Source: an uncultured Gemmatimonadales bacterium (GTDB lineage Bacteria; Gemmatimonadota; Gemmatimonadetes; Longimicrobiales; Longimicrobiaceae). Taken from it: DNA of 64,000 nucleotides. Shown in pieces: positions 50,705 to 61,360 of the stretch; the stretch's first letter is position 1; the number at the start of each line of letters is the position of its first letter. Under the pieces are notes generated by a model, which was not told the origin of the DNA, made no database searches, and was given only the letters and a program-made list of their open reading frames with translations. The stretch is from assembly GCA_963716255.1 (NCBI GenBank), contig OY970303.1, positions 6,112,001 to 6,176,000 of the forward strand, in the 5' to 3' direction. The translations under genes were made by a program, and so were the position numbers.

Positions 50705-51020
50705 GCGCGGCGGCCCACGCGGCGTACGGGGTGTTCCTCGCCAGCCTGCGGTTGAAGTCCGGCGCGCCGTCCGTCCACCACGGCGGCCCCCGCTCCCCCA
50801 GCGCGACCTTGGCCGCGTGCACCCGCGCGCGGGCCGCGCGGAGCCGGTCCGCGTCGCCGGCCGTTCCCGCCGCCCGGACCTCGCGCCGCGCGCTCATCAG
50901 CTCGCCGACCAGCCGGGCGCGCTCCTCCCCGGCGAGCGCGGGGTTCGCGCGCCGCCACAGCCGTCCCCGCACGACGAGGTACCTGCCGTCCGGCGTGACC
51001 GGCGGTTCCTTCTCCGCCAT
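50532..51020 (-). CDS. Conserved hypothetical protein (C-terminus overlaps the convergent gene)
   Basis: TPDGRYLVVRGRLWR, LMSARR and LGERGPPWW motifs. Confidence 0.6.
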   Translation of the reverse strand: MAEKEPPVTPDGRYLVVRGRLWRRANPALAGEERARLVGELMSARREVRAAGTAGDADRLRAARARVHAAKVALGERGPPWWTDGAPDFNRRLARNTPYAAWAAALRRARAPAGPSPGPRAGRGAGDRRRSSPPGRRRSGRAGCRRVSAPRRGSIPRWRRRR

Positions 51021-51029
51021 CCGCCCGCG

Positions 51030-51245
51030 TCAGCCGCCGTGCCTGCGCAGCGCGTCCGGCTTGTGGGCCGCCGGCTTGCCGCTCTTGTCGCTGCGGACCA
51101 GATACTCCGGGTTCTCTTCCGACGCGGCCACGTGGTGGCCCTCGATGTCCATCGGCTCGGTGAGCTTCTTCTCGACACGGCCACGGGTCTTTCCCTGCGG
51201 CGTGTTCCACTCCACCTCGTCGCCCTTCCGGAACGAGTCCGCCAT
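51030..51245 (-). CDS. DUF2945 (Tudor-like) small protein
   Basis: GDEVEWN..GRV, ASEENPEY.V.SDKSGK.AAHKPDAL motifs; GGAGG RBS. Confidence 0.85.
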   Translation of the reverse strand: MADSFRKGDEVEWNTPQGKTRGRVEKKLTEPMDIEGHHVAASEENPEYLVRSDKSGKPAAHKPDALRRHGG

Positions 51246-51322
51246 GCGCGCCTCCCGGTTTGGATGAAGCGGGAGGGTGGGCGCAACGAAGGTGCCAAGC
51301 CGCCTGCCGCCGTAAACGGGAG

Positions 51323-51351
51323 AGGCCCCGCCGCGAGTCGCGGCGGGGCCT
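51323..51351. terminator. GC-rich hairpin, probable terminator
   Basis: AGGCCCCGCCGCG-AGT-CGCGGCGGGGCCT. Confidence 0.6.
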
Positions 51352-51376
51352 ACCTGCTTGGTGGCTGCGGGTGCGG

Positions 51377-51889
51377 TCAGGGCGTGCCCACCGCCGAGCC
51401 GGCCGGTGCCGCGTACGTGTAGTTGTACGCCTGCCAGCGCTCCCGCGGGGTGAGGGCGCCGATCCCCGCGCCGATCCCGCCGCCCACCAGCCCCACCCCC
51501 ACCGCGCCGAGCGCCGCCGAGGTGGCGACCCCGGTGGGGAGGTGCTGGGCGAGCAGCGCCCCCGAGATCACCCCCGCGCCGAAGCCCAGGAAAGCCCCCC
51601 AGGTGCTCCCCTTGAAGGCGCGCCGGCCGCGGTTCAGGCCCAGGCTCACGTCGGCGGAGTCCACCAGCGACAGGTGGAGCCAGCGCTCCGCGGCGGGCTC
51701 CGTGGACGCCAGGTGCACCCAGTCCGGGTCCACCAACACCACGGTGCCGCTGATCTTTTCCTGCGAGAGCGCCGGGGCGGCCAGGCGGACGCGGGCGCCG
51801 GGGACGAGCGGCGGGACCTTCTGCTGCGCGGCGAGGCCGCACGGAGCCGCGAGGGCGAGCCCGGCCGCGAGGACGAGTGCGATCTTCAT
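51377..51889 (-). CDS. Secreted/membrane protein with glycine-zipper-like helices
   Basis: Signal peptide, PGARVRL and GxxxG-rich TM segments. Confidence 0.65.
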   Translation of the reverse strand: MKIALVLAAGLALAAPCGLAAQQKVPPLVPGARVRLAAPALSQEKISGTVVLVDPDWVHLASTEPAAERWLHLSLVDSADVSLGLNRGRRAFKGSTWGAFLGFGAGVISGALLAQHLPTGVATSAALGAVGVGLVGGGIGAGIGALTPRERWQAYNYTYAAPAGSAVGTP

Positions 51890-52112
51890 GGTTCTACGGG
51901 GTTGGGAAACGCGGGACCGCGGAGGGGCGGGGACGGCGGACACACCGGCTGCGACCCGCCGCCGGGGCGAGCAGGTCCAATCTACCGGCGCCGGCCGAGG
52001 AGTCAATGCCGGGCCGCGTGTTGCAAACACATGAGGTCGCCGGTAGCTTGCCTGGCGGACGCGCCGTGCCGGCCGCGTCCCGAGACCCGTTCCAGTGCCC
52101 GACAGGAGCCCC

Positions 52113-53008
52113 ATGGCCGACAGCGCGATTGCCTCGATCCTCGCCACCCACTCCGCCGAGATCCTCGACGACTGGGTCGGCCGGCAGCAGCAGGGAGCCA
52201 CCTTTCGCTCGGACCTGATGTCCGCGGGCGAGCTGCGCCAGCAGTCCGACGACTTCCTGCGGCGGTTCCGGGCGGCCGCGGAGCGCGGCGGCGCGGACGA
52301 CGTGGAGGGCGCGGCGTGGGAGCCGGTGCGGGACATGCTGTCCACGCTCTCACGGGCGCGGGCCATGCAGGGCTTCTCCCCCACCGAGACCGCCACCTTC
52401 ATCCTGTCCTTCAAGCAGCCCCTCTTCACGCGGCTGCGCGACGAGATGGCGGGCGACCCGGCGCGGCTGGCCGAGGAGACCTGGCGGGCGACCCGGCGCG
52501 GCTGGCCGAGGAGACCTGGCGCGCCACCGTCCTGCTGGACGGCCTGGCGCTGTTCACCACCGAGACCTTCCTCGCCAGCCGCGAGGACGTGATCCGCCGG
52601 CAGCAGCAGGAGCTGCTGGAGCTCTCCACCCCGGTGGTCAAGATCTGGGACGGGATCGTCGCGGTGCCGCTCATTGGGACGCTGGACAGCGCCCGCACCC
52701 AGATCGTGATGGAGAACCTGCTGGAGCACATCGTGCGGTTGTCGGCGAGCGTCGCCATCATCGACATCACCGGTGTCCCCACGGTGGACACGCTGGTGGC
52801 CCAGCACCTCATCAAGACGGTGTCGGCGGCGCGGCTGATGGGCGCCGAGTGCATCATCAGCGGCATCCGCCCGCAGATCGCGCAGACCATCGTGCACCTG
52901 GGGATCACCCTGGAGGACGTCTATACCAAGGCCACGCTGGCCGACGCCATCACCCTCGCGCTCAAGCAGACCGGGTACGGCATCACGCGCATCGCTCCGC
53001 GCGCCTGA
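52113..53008 (+). pseudogene. rsbR: Stressosome RsbR (STAS domain), frameshifted by a 35-bp tandem duplication
   Basis: N-terminal sensor-like domain, then ELSTPV, PLIGTLDSART and IDITGVPTVDT in a second frame. Confidence 0.85.
52452..52521 (+). repeat. Exact 35-bp tandem duplication
   Basis: GGCGACCCGGCGCGGCTGGCCGAGGAGACCTGGCG x2, bounded by TGGCG microhomology. Confidence 0.92.
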
Positions 53009-53011
53009 GCC

Positions 53012-53407
53012 ATGGACCGCATCCCGATCCTCAAGCTGGGGCGGCTGCTCCTGGTCACGATCCAGGTGGACATGCACGACCGCCTGGCGCTGGCGCTGCA
53101 GGACGACCTGACCGAGAAGATCGCCGGGACCGGCGCCCGCGGAGTGCTCATCGACATCTCCGCGCTGGAGATGGTGGACTCCTTCATCGGGCGGGTGCTC
53201 GCCAACATCGCCGCCATGTCGCGGGTGCTGGACGCGGAAACGGTGGTGGTGGGGATGCAGCCTGCGGTCGCCATCACGCTGGTGGAGCTCGGGCTTTCCC
53301 TCCCCGGCGTCCGCACCGCGCTGGACGTGGAGCGCGGCATGCAGCTCCTGAGGGTGTCCTTCGACGAGGGCCTGGACGGAGCGGGGGATGGCGGTAGAGA
53401 AGGGTGA
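53012..53407 (+). CDS. rsbS: Stressosome RsbS (STAS)
   Basis: [19 protein letters not shown] and [14 protein letters not shown] motifs. Confidence 0.93.
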   Translation: MDRIPILKLGRLLLVTIQVDMHDRLALALQDDLTEKIAGTGARGVLIDISALEMVDSFIGRVLANIAAMSRVLDAETVVVGMQPAVAITLVELGLSLPGVRTALDVERGMQLLRVSFDEGLDGAGDGGREG

Positions 53408-53792
53408 CACGCGCCCCATCCGCACCGAGGGCGACGTGGTCGCCGCGAGGCAGGCGGTCCGGGGCTGGGCGGTGGAAGCGGGCTTCTCCCTCATCGACCA
53501 GACCAAGCTGGTGACCGCGGCCAGCGAGCTGGCCCGCAACACCCTGGTCCACGGCGGCGGAGGGGCCATGCGCATGGAGCTGCTGAGCCAGGGCGGCCGG
53601 CGGGGGATCCGCCTGGTGTTCGAGGACCAGGGCCCCGGCATCCCCGACGTGGAGCAGGCGCTCCGCGACGGCTTCACCACCGCGTCCGGGATGGGGCTGG
53701 GGCTGGGGGGCTCGCGCCGCCTGGTGAACGAATTCGACATCGCGACGGAGACGGGGCAGGGAACCCGGGTGACGGTGATCAAGTGGAAGTGA
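53388..53792 (+). CDS. rsbT: RsbT serine/threonine kinase
   Basis: [15 protein letters not shown] and [12 protein letters not shown] motifs. Confidence 0.93.
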   Translation: MAVEKGDTRPIRTEGDVVAARQAVRGWAVEAGFSLIDQTKLVTAASELARNTLVHGGGGAMRMELLSQGGRRGIRLVFEDQGPGIPDVEQALRDGFTTASGMGLGLGGSRRLVNEFDIATETGQGTRVTVIKWK

Positions 53793-54823
53793 GCCGGACG
53801 CTGTACCTGCCGGTCACCGAGTCCAGCGAGGCCGGGGAGGCCCGCCGCCGGGTCCAGTACCTGGCCGCGTCGCTCGGGATGGACGACACCGACGCGGGGC
53901 GCGCCGCGCTGGTCGTCACCGAGCTGGCCGGCAACCTGGTCAAGCACGCGGAGCGCGGCGGGCACCTCCTGGCGCAGCCCGCGCAGTGGAGCGGGGGAAA
54001 GGGGGTGGAGATCCTGTCGCTGGACGCCGGCCCCGGCATGGCCAACGTCGCCCGCTGCCTGCGCGACGGCTTCTCCACCGCGGGAAGCCCGGGCACCGGG
54101 ATGGGCGCGGTGTCCCGCATGGCCGACGAGTTCGACGTCCACTCCGCCATGGGCGTGGGCACGACCCTCGTGGCGCGCGTGTGGGCGGGGGGGCGCAGGG
54201 ACTCCCCCGCGTCCGGCCCGGCGCTCGCGGGGATCTCCCTCCCCAAGCCGGGGCAGGAGGTGTGCGGCGACGCGTGGGCGGCCTCCGAGCGCGACGGGCG
54301 CACGGTGGTGCTGGTGGCGGACGGGCTGGGCCACGGGCCGGCCGCGGCGTCCGCCTCGCGCGAGGCGGTGCGCGTCTTCGCGTCCGCGCCGGGCTCCGAC
54401 CCGGTGGAGCTGCTGGAGCGGGTGCACGCCGGCCTGCGCAGCACCCGGGGCGCCGCCGCGGCGGTGGCCGTGGTGGACCGCGCCGCGCGGAGCGTGCGCT
54501 TCGCCGGGGTGGGGAACATCGCCGCGACCGTCCTGGCCGGCGGCGAATCGCGCAGCATGGTCTCGCTGGGGGGGATCGTGGGGCACGAGGCGCGCCGCAT
54601 CCAGGCGTTCGACTACCCCTTTCCCGCCGGCGCCCTGCTGGTGCTCCACTCCGACGGGCTGGGGAGCCGCTGGACGCTGGACCGCTACCCCGGGCTGGCG
54701 GCGCGCGACCCGCTGGTGGTCGCCGGGGTCCTCTTCCGCGACTTCGCCCGCGGCAGCGACGACGCCACCGTGGTCGCGGTGCGCGACACGCCCGCCGCCC
54801 AGTCGCTGGCCGGGTCGGCGTGA
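53783..54823 (+). CDS. RsbX-like phosphatase (HATPase-like N-terminus plus SpoIIE/PP2C)
   Basis: TELAGNL, CGD, ADGLGHG, HSDG and DDAT motifs. Confidence 0.85.
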   Translation: MEVSRTLYLPVTESSEAGEARRRVQYLAASLGMDDTDAGRAALVVTELAGNLVKHAERGGHLLAQPAQWSGGKGVEILSLDAGPGMANVARCLRDGFSTAGSPGTGMGAVSRMADEFDVHSAMGVGTTLVARVWAGGRRDSPASGPALAGISLPKPGQEVCGDAWAASERDGRTVVLVADGLGHGPAAASASREAVRVFASAPGSDPVELLERVHAGLRSTRGAAAAVAVVDRAARSVRFAGVGNIAATVLAGGESRSMVSLGGIVGHEARRIQAFDYPFPAGALLVLHSDGLGSRWTLDRYPGLAARDPLVVAGVLFRDFARGSDDATVVAVRDTPAAQSLAGSA

Positions 54824-56213
54824 GCGCCCTCCTGCTCACCCAGCCCGTCCGGCAGGAGCAGGACGTGGTGGCCGCGCGCCAGCGCGCCCGCCAGGCCGCC
54901 GAGCTGCTGGGATTCGACGCGCAGCAGCAGACGCGAATCGCCACCGCCGTCTCCGAGATCGCCCGCAACGCCTTCCGCTACGCCGGCGGCGGGTGGATGG
55001 AGGTGTGGGTGGAGGGCGCCCCCCCGCGCCAGTCGATGCGCGTCCGCGTGCGCGACCAGGGCCCCGGGATCGCCGACGTGGACGCGGTGCTGGAGGGGCG
55101 CTACCGCTCCGCCACGGGCATGGGCATGGGGATCGCGGGGACGCGCCGGCTGATGGACCACTTTCACCTGGAAACGGGCCCCGGCGGGACCACGGTGGAG
55201 TTCGGGCGGGCGCTCCCCGCGGCGCGGGGGGCGGTGGGGGAGGCCGAGCTGGCGCGCATCGCCGACGAACTGGCGCGGCGGCGGCCGGGCTCGCCCTTCG
55301 ACGAGATCCAGAGGCAGAACCAGGAGCTCCTCCAGGCGCTGGACGAGCTGCGCGCCCGCGAGCACGACCTGCTCCGCCTGAACCAGGAGCTGGAGGACAC
55401 CAACCGCGGCGTGGTGGCGCTGTACGCCGAGCTGGACGAGAGCGTGGCGCAGCTGCGGCGCACCAGCGCCCAGCGGGCGCAGTTCCTGTCCTACATGAGT
55501 CACGAGTTCCGCACCCCCCTGGACTCCATGATCGCCCTGACCGGGCTGCTGCTGGCGCGGGTGGACGGCGACCTCACCTCCGAGCAGGAGAAGCAGGTGG
55601 GCTACGTGCAGCGCTCCGCGCGCGACCTCCTCAACCTGGTGGACGACCTGCTGGACACCGCCCGGGTGGAGGCGGGGCAGGTGACCGTCCGCCCCGCGCC
55701 CTTTTCCGTGGCGGAGATGTTCCGCGCGCTCCAGGCCACGCTGCGCCCCCTGCGCACGCGCGAGCAGGTGGCGCTGGTGTTCCGGGCGGATCCGGCGGTG
55801 CCCGAGCTGGACACCGACGAGTCCAAGGTGTCGCAGGTCCTGCGCAACCTGGTTTCCAACGCGCTCAAGTTCACCGAGCGCGGCGAGGTGCGGGTCGCCG
55901 CCCGCCCCGCCGGGGGCGGCCGGGTCGAGTTCCGGGTGTCCGACACCGGGATGGGGATCCCCGAGGGCGACCTGGAGCGCATCTTCGAGGACTTCGCCCA
56001 GGTGGAGAGCTCGGTGCAGCGCAGGGTCAAGGGGACCGGGCTGGGGCTCCCGCTCTCCCGCAAGCTGGCCGGCCTCCTGGGCGGCACCCTGTCCGTGTCC
56101 AGCACCCCCGGCGAGGGTTCCGTGTTCACCCTGGTCGTACCCGCGACGTACCCGGGCGCGGCCGGCGGGGCGGAGGAGCCCTGCGGCGCACCGCAGCACG
56201 AAGAGAGCGTGAG

Positions 56214-56217
<4 letters not shown>
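54820..56217 (+). CDS. Histidine kinase with N-terminal RsbT-like domain
   Basis: TAVSEIARNA and DQGPGI; coiled coil ELEDTNRGVVALY; SHEFRTPL, NALKFT and GTGLGL motifs. Confidence 0.9.
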
Positions 56218-57863
<1,646 letters not shown>

Positions 57864-57889
57864 TTCGACTTGAACTGCTTTTTGACGGC

Positions 57890-58029
57890 GGATTTGGGCG
57901 TGCCCCCGGCGGGTGCCGGGGTCGGGCTTCGGCTCCGTAAGCGAGCAAACTACGCTCGCTAACGGAGTCGAGACCCGGCAGAAACAGCCCCGCCGGGTCT
58001 CGCCCCTTCGGGCCGAAATCCCTCACGCG
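57890..58029 (+). repeat. Structured intergenic repeat family A, copy 5
   Basis: Same scaffold; stems AGCGAGC/GCTCGCT and CCCGGC/GCCGGG. Confidence 0.9.
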
Positions 58030-58058
58030 GGGCTGGTGCTTGCGTCCGCAGGTTCGGG

Positions 58059-58108
58059 CCCCCTCACCCCCCGGCCCCCTCTCCCCCGCAAGCGGGGGAA
58101 AGGGGGAG
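58059..58108 (+). repeat. REP-like palindromic element (CCCTCACCCC..CCCTCTCCC..GGG.AAGGG type)
   Basis: CCCCCTCACCCCCCGGCCCCCTCTCCCCCGCAAGCGGGGGAAAGGGGG; single copy in the window. Confidence 0.55.
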
Positions 58109-58252
58109 GACGGCAGGAAGGTCGCCGGGAGGGTGTGGGAGGTGCTCGGAGGAAAGAGTTGGGGGTGTGGCCGGGGTAGAGCGGCATTAACTCTTTCCGG
58201 AGAGCACCCCCGCGCCCGACCCCACGCGCGGGACTCGAAGATCCGCGGTTGA

Positions 58253-58291
58253 AAAGTCGCCCCCGCCGGGAAATCCCGGCGGGGGCGCTTT
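58253..58291. terminator. Bidirectional terminator-like hairpin between convergent operons
   Basis: AAAAGT-CGCCCCCGCCGGGA-A-ATCCCGGCGGGGGCG-CTTT. Confidence 0.75.
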
Positions 58292-58326
58292 CGCTGTATC
58301 TGGTACTTCGCACTCCCGCACCTCGG

Positions 58327-58482
58327 TCATTCGTGCGAGCAGCCGCACCCTCCGGCGCAGCCGCCGTCCCGGCCGCCGCGGCGCATCGCGCCGACGGTCG
58401 CCAGCACGCGGCGGCCCAGGTACAGCGCGGCGCCGGCGAAGATGCCGGCCACGGCGAGCGTCTGCATGATCTGCGCGTCCAT
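58327..58482 (-). CDS. FeoB-associated Cys-rich membrane protein
   Basis: 51 aa, one TM segment then GGCAGGCGC; directly after feoB. Confidence 0.8.
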   Translation of the reverse strand: MDAQIMQTLAVAGIFAGAALYLGRRVLATVGAMRRGGRDGGCAGGCGCSHE

Positions 58483-58496
58483 GATGTCTCTCCTCT

Positions 58497-60677
58497 TCAG
58501 ACGCCCCAGCCCAGGGCGAGCCCCACCCGGTACACCAGGAAGGCGGCGCCGTAGGCCAGGGCGAGCATGTAGCCGAACTGGAAGGAGGCCCACTTCAGGC
58601 CCACGCGGCCGCCACCCGTCTCGCGGTGCACCACCGCGACCGTGCTCGCGCACATCAGCGCGTACACGTAGAACACCATCAGCCCCACCGCGACCAGCGG
58701 CGAGTACACCGGCATCCCCGTGTCCGGACGGCGCTCGGCGAGGAGCCGGTCGCGCAGCGCCACGGACGTCTCGTCGGCGCCGCTCCCCACCCCGTAGATG
58801 GTGCCCATGGTGGAAACGAACACCTCGCGCGCCGCGAACGAGCTGACGATGGACACGCCGATCTTCCAGTCGTACCCCAGCGGGCGAACCGTGGGCTCGA
58901 TCGCGTGCCCGATGCGGCCCAGGATGGAGCGCTCCAGCTGCTGCTCCTGCGCCGCCTCGCCCGAGAGGCCGGGAGCGGGCTGCGTCTTGGGGTAGGTGGC
59001 CAGCGCCCACAGCACGATGGAGATGGCCAGGATCACCGTCCCGGCGCGCCGCAGGAACATGCTCGCCCGGTGCCACACCGTGGTCAGCAGCACCCGCAGG
59101 CGGGGGAGGCGGTAGGGGGGCAGCTCCATGATCAGGGGGCGCACCTGGCCGCGCAGCAGCGAGCGCTTGAAGACGGCCGCCACGGCGAGCGCGCTCAGCG
59201 TTCCCAGCAGGTACATCGCCAGCAGGGTGACGCCCTGCAGGTTGAAGATCCCCGCCACCACCACCGGGGGGATGAAGGAGCCGATGAGGAGCGTGTACAC
59301 CGGGATCCGCGCCGAGCAGCTCATCAGCGGGAGCACCATGATGGTGGCCAGCCGGTCCTCGCGGTTCTCGATGGTGCGGGTGGACATCACCCCGGGCACC
59401 GCGCAGGCGTAGCCCGAGAGAAGCGGGATGAAGCTGCGGCCGTGCAGCCCCACGCCGCGCATGAAGCGGTCCATGATGAAGGCCGCCCGCGCCATGTACC
59501 CCGTGTCCTCCAGGAACCCCAGGAAGAGGAAGAGGATCACGATCTGCGGGAGGAACACCAGCACCGACCCCACCCCGGCGATCACCCCGTCCACCACCAT
59601 GCTGCGCAGGTCGCCCTCGGGGAGGAGCGTGCCCACCGCCGCGCCGAGCGAGGCGAAGCCTCCCTCGATCACCCCCATCAGCGGCTCCGCCCAGGCGAAG
59701 ATGGACTGGAACACCAGCGCCATCAGCGCCAGGAAGAGCACCGGGCCCCAGAAGCGGTGCAGCGCCACCGCGTCGATGCGGTCCGTCAGCGACTTGCCGC
59801 GCTCCCCCTCGCGCTTCACGGCCTGCTCCACCACCTCCGCGATCCAGCCGTAGCGCGCTTCCGCCTCCAGGCTGCGTGCGTGTACCCCGGCCTCCGCCAG
59901 CCGCGCCTCCGCCCCGGCCACCGCCTCGTGCAGCCCCGGAACGTCCGCCAGGTGGTCCTCCGCGCGGGGCACCGCGAGCAGCCGCAGCGCCTCCATCCCC
60001 GCCGCGCCGTGCGAGAACCCCGCCGCCTCCATGCACGTCTCCACCGGCGCCAGCGCCTCGCGTACCTCCTCCGGCAGCGCAAACTGGCGGGCGGGGCGGG
60101 GGAGTCCCCGGGCGCCGCGTACGGCGCGCTTCAGCACGTCCAGCCCCTCGCCGCGCGTCGCCACCGTGGGGATCACCGGCGCGCCCAGAAGGAGCGTCAA
60201 TTCCACCGCGTCGATGCGGATGCCCGCCGCCTCGGCGGCGTCCACCTGGTTCAGAGCCACCACCGTGGGGAGCCCCAGCTCCAGCACCTGGCTGGCCAGG
60301 AACAGGTTGCGCTCCAGGTTCTGCGCGTCCAGCACCACCACCACCGCCTCCGGCGCGGGGACGCCCGCCACCCGGCCCAGGAGCACGCCCAGCGCGATCT
60401 CCTCGTCCGGCGAGCTCGCCGACAGCGAGTACGTCCCCGGCAGGTCGATGACGGTGACCGTGCGGTCCGGCCCGTCGGCGTACCGCCCCTCCACGCGCTC
60501 CACCGTCACCCCGGAGTAGTTGCCCACGCGCTGCCGCATCCCGGTCAGCGCGTTGAACAGGGTGCTCTTGCCGGTGTTTGGGTTGCCGATCAGGGCCACA
60601 CGCGACACACCCTCGCCGCGCGCTGCGGGCGAGGGTGCCGGGGGGGCCGGGAGCTTTCCGGCGTCCAGAACTTCCAT
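58497..60677 (-). CDS. feoB: Ferrous iron transporter B
   Basis: GNPNTGKS, GNYSGVT, DLPGTYSL, EDTGYMARAAF, CSARIP and ELPPY motifs. Confidence 0.97.
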   Translation of the reverse strand: MEVLDAGKLPAPPAPSPAARGEGVSRVALIGNPNTGKSTLFNALTGMRQRVGNYSGVTVERVEGRYADGPDRTVTVIDLPGTYSLSASSPDEEIALGVLLGRVAGVPAPEAVVVVLDAQNLERNLFLASQVLELGLPTVVALNQVDAAEAAGIRIDAVELTLLLGAPVIPTVATRGEGLDVLKRAVRGARGLPRPARQFALPEEVREALAPVETCMEAAGFSHGAAGMEALRLLAVPRAEDHLADVPGLHEAVAGAEARLAEAGVHARSLEAEARYGWIAEVVEQAVKREGERGKSLTDRIDAVALHRFWGPVLFLALMALVFQSIFAWAEPLMGVIEGGFASLGAAVGTLLPEGDLRSMVVDGVIAGVGSVLVFLPQIVILFLFLGFLEDTGYMARAAFIMDRFMRGVGLHGRSFIPLLSGYACAVPGVMSTRTIENREDRLATIMVLPLMSCSARIPVYTLLIGSFIPPVVVAGIFNLQGVTLLAMYLLGTLSALAVAAVFKRSLLRGQVRPLIMELPPYRLPRLRVLLTTVWHRASMFLRRAGTVILAISIVLWALATYPKTQPAPGLSGEAAQEQQLERSILGRIGHAIEPTVRPLGYDWKIGVSIVSSFAAREVFVSTMGTIYGVGSGADETSVALRDRLLAERRPDTGMPVYSPLVAVGLMVFYVYALMCASTVAVVHRETGGGRVGLKWASFQFGYMLALAYGAAFLVYRVGLALGWGV

Positions 60678-60681
60678 CTAT

Positions 60682-60903
60682 CTATTCCACCGTGATGTGC
60701 TCTGCCTCGGCGCGCCGCAGGGTGAGCATGTACCCCCGGAGCCTCACCTCCATGGGGTCGCCCAGCGGCGCGGTGCGGATCACCTCCAGCGTGGTGCCGC
60801 GGATCAGCCCCAGGTCCATCAGTCGCCGGACCGCGTCCGCGTCGCCCCCCACGCCAACCACCCGTCCCCGGTCCCCCGGTCCCAGCTCCGCCAGCGTGCG
60901 CAA
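60682..60903 (-). CDS. feoA: FeoA family protein
   Basis: RRLMDLGL, APLGDP and LRRAEA motifs. Confidence 0.93.
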   Translation of the reverse strand: MRTLAELGPGDRGRVVGVGGDADAVRRLMDLGLIRGTTLEVIRTAPLGDPMEVRLRGYMLTLRRAEAEHITVE

Positions 60904-60904
60904 C

Positions 60905-61186
60905 TCAGGACCCCAGCGGCAGCACCCGGATGGCGGAGGCCAGCCCGTCGCCCAGCGCCAGCCGCGAGCCGCGCACGTCCAGCAGCATCCCGTTGCGCGA
61001 GTCCACCACGGTGACGCAGCTCCCCTCGAAGAGCCCCAGGCTGCGCAGCCGGCTCGCCTCCCCGCTCTCGCACTCCATCCCCAGCACCGCGGCGCGGCAT
61101 CCCGTGGCGCACGCGCCCAGCGCGCACTCGCGGGGCGGCGACTCTGCTTCCTTGCGCCCGACGAGGACGCGGAGCTGCTTGAGCAT
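60905..61186 (-). CDS. feoA: Second FeoA family protein
   Basis: RLRSLGLFEG and VRGSRLAL motifs. Confidence 0.8.
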   Translation of the reverse strand: MLKQLRVLVGRKEAESPPRECALGACATGCRAAVLGMECESGEASRLRSLGLFEGSCVTVVDSRNGMLLDVRGSRLALGDGLASAIRVLPLGS

Positions 61187-61212
61187 CGAGCGTGCGGAGA
61201 TGGGGAACAAGC

Positions 61213-61266
61213 TGAGAATGAGTTTCAACCGGACCCAAGTATAGGCCGTGTCCCGTGGCCGCGCAA
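61213..61266 (-). promoter_or_regulatory. feo promoter with a downstream Fur-like box
   Basis: Minus-strand TTGCGC-17-TATACT; imperfect 7-1-7 TGAGAAT-G-AGTTTCA at 61213-61227. Confidence 0.6.
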
Positions 61267-61360
61267 GGCGCGCGGGGACGGGGTTGCCCGGGACGGCGCG
61301 GAGCCCGTACGATTGGGCTCGCCCGCGCCCCGCGTCCATTTTCCCGGCTCCGCGCTCCCC

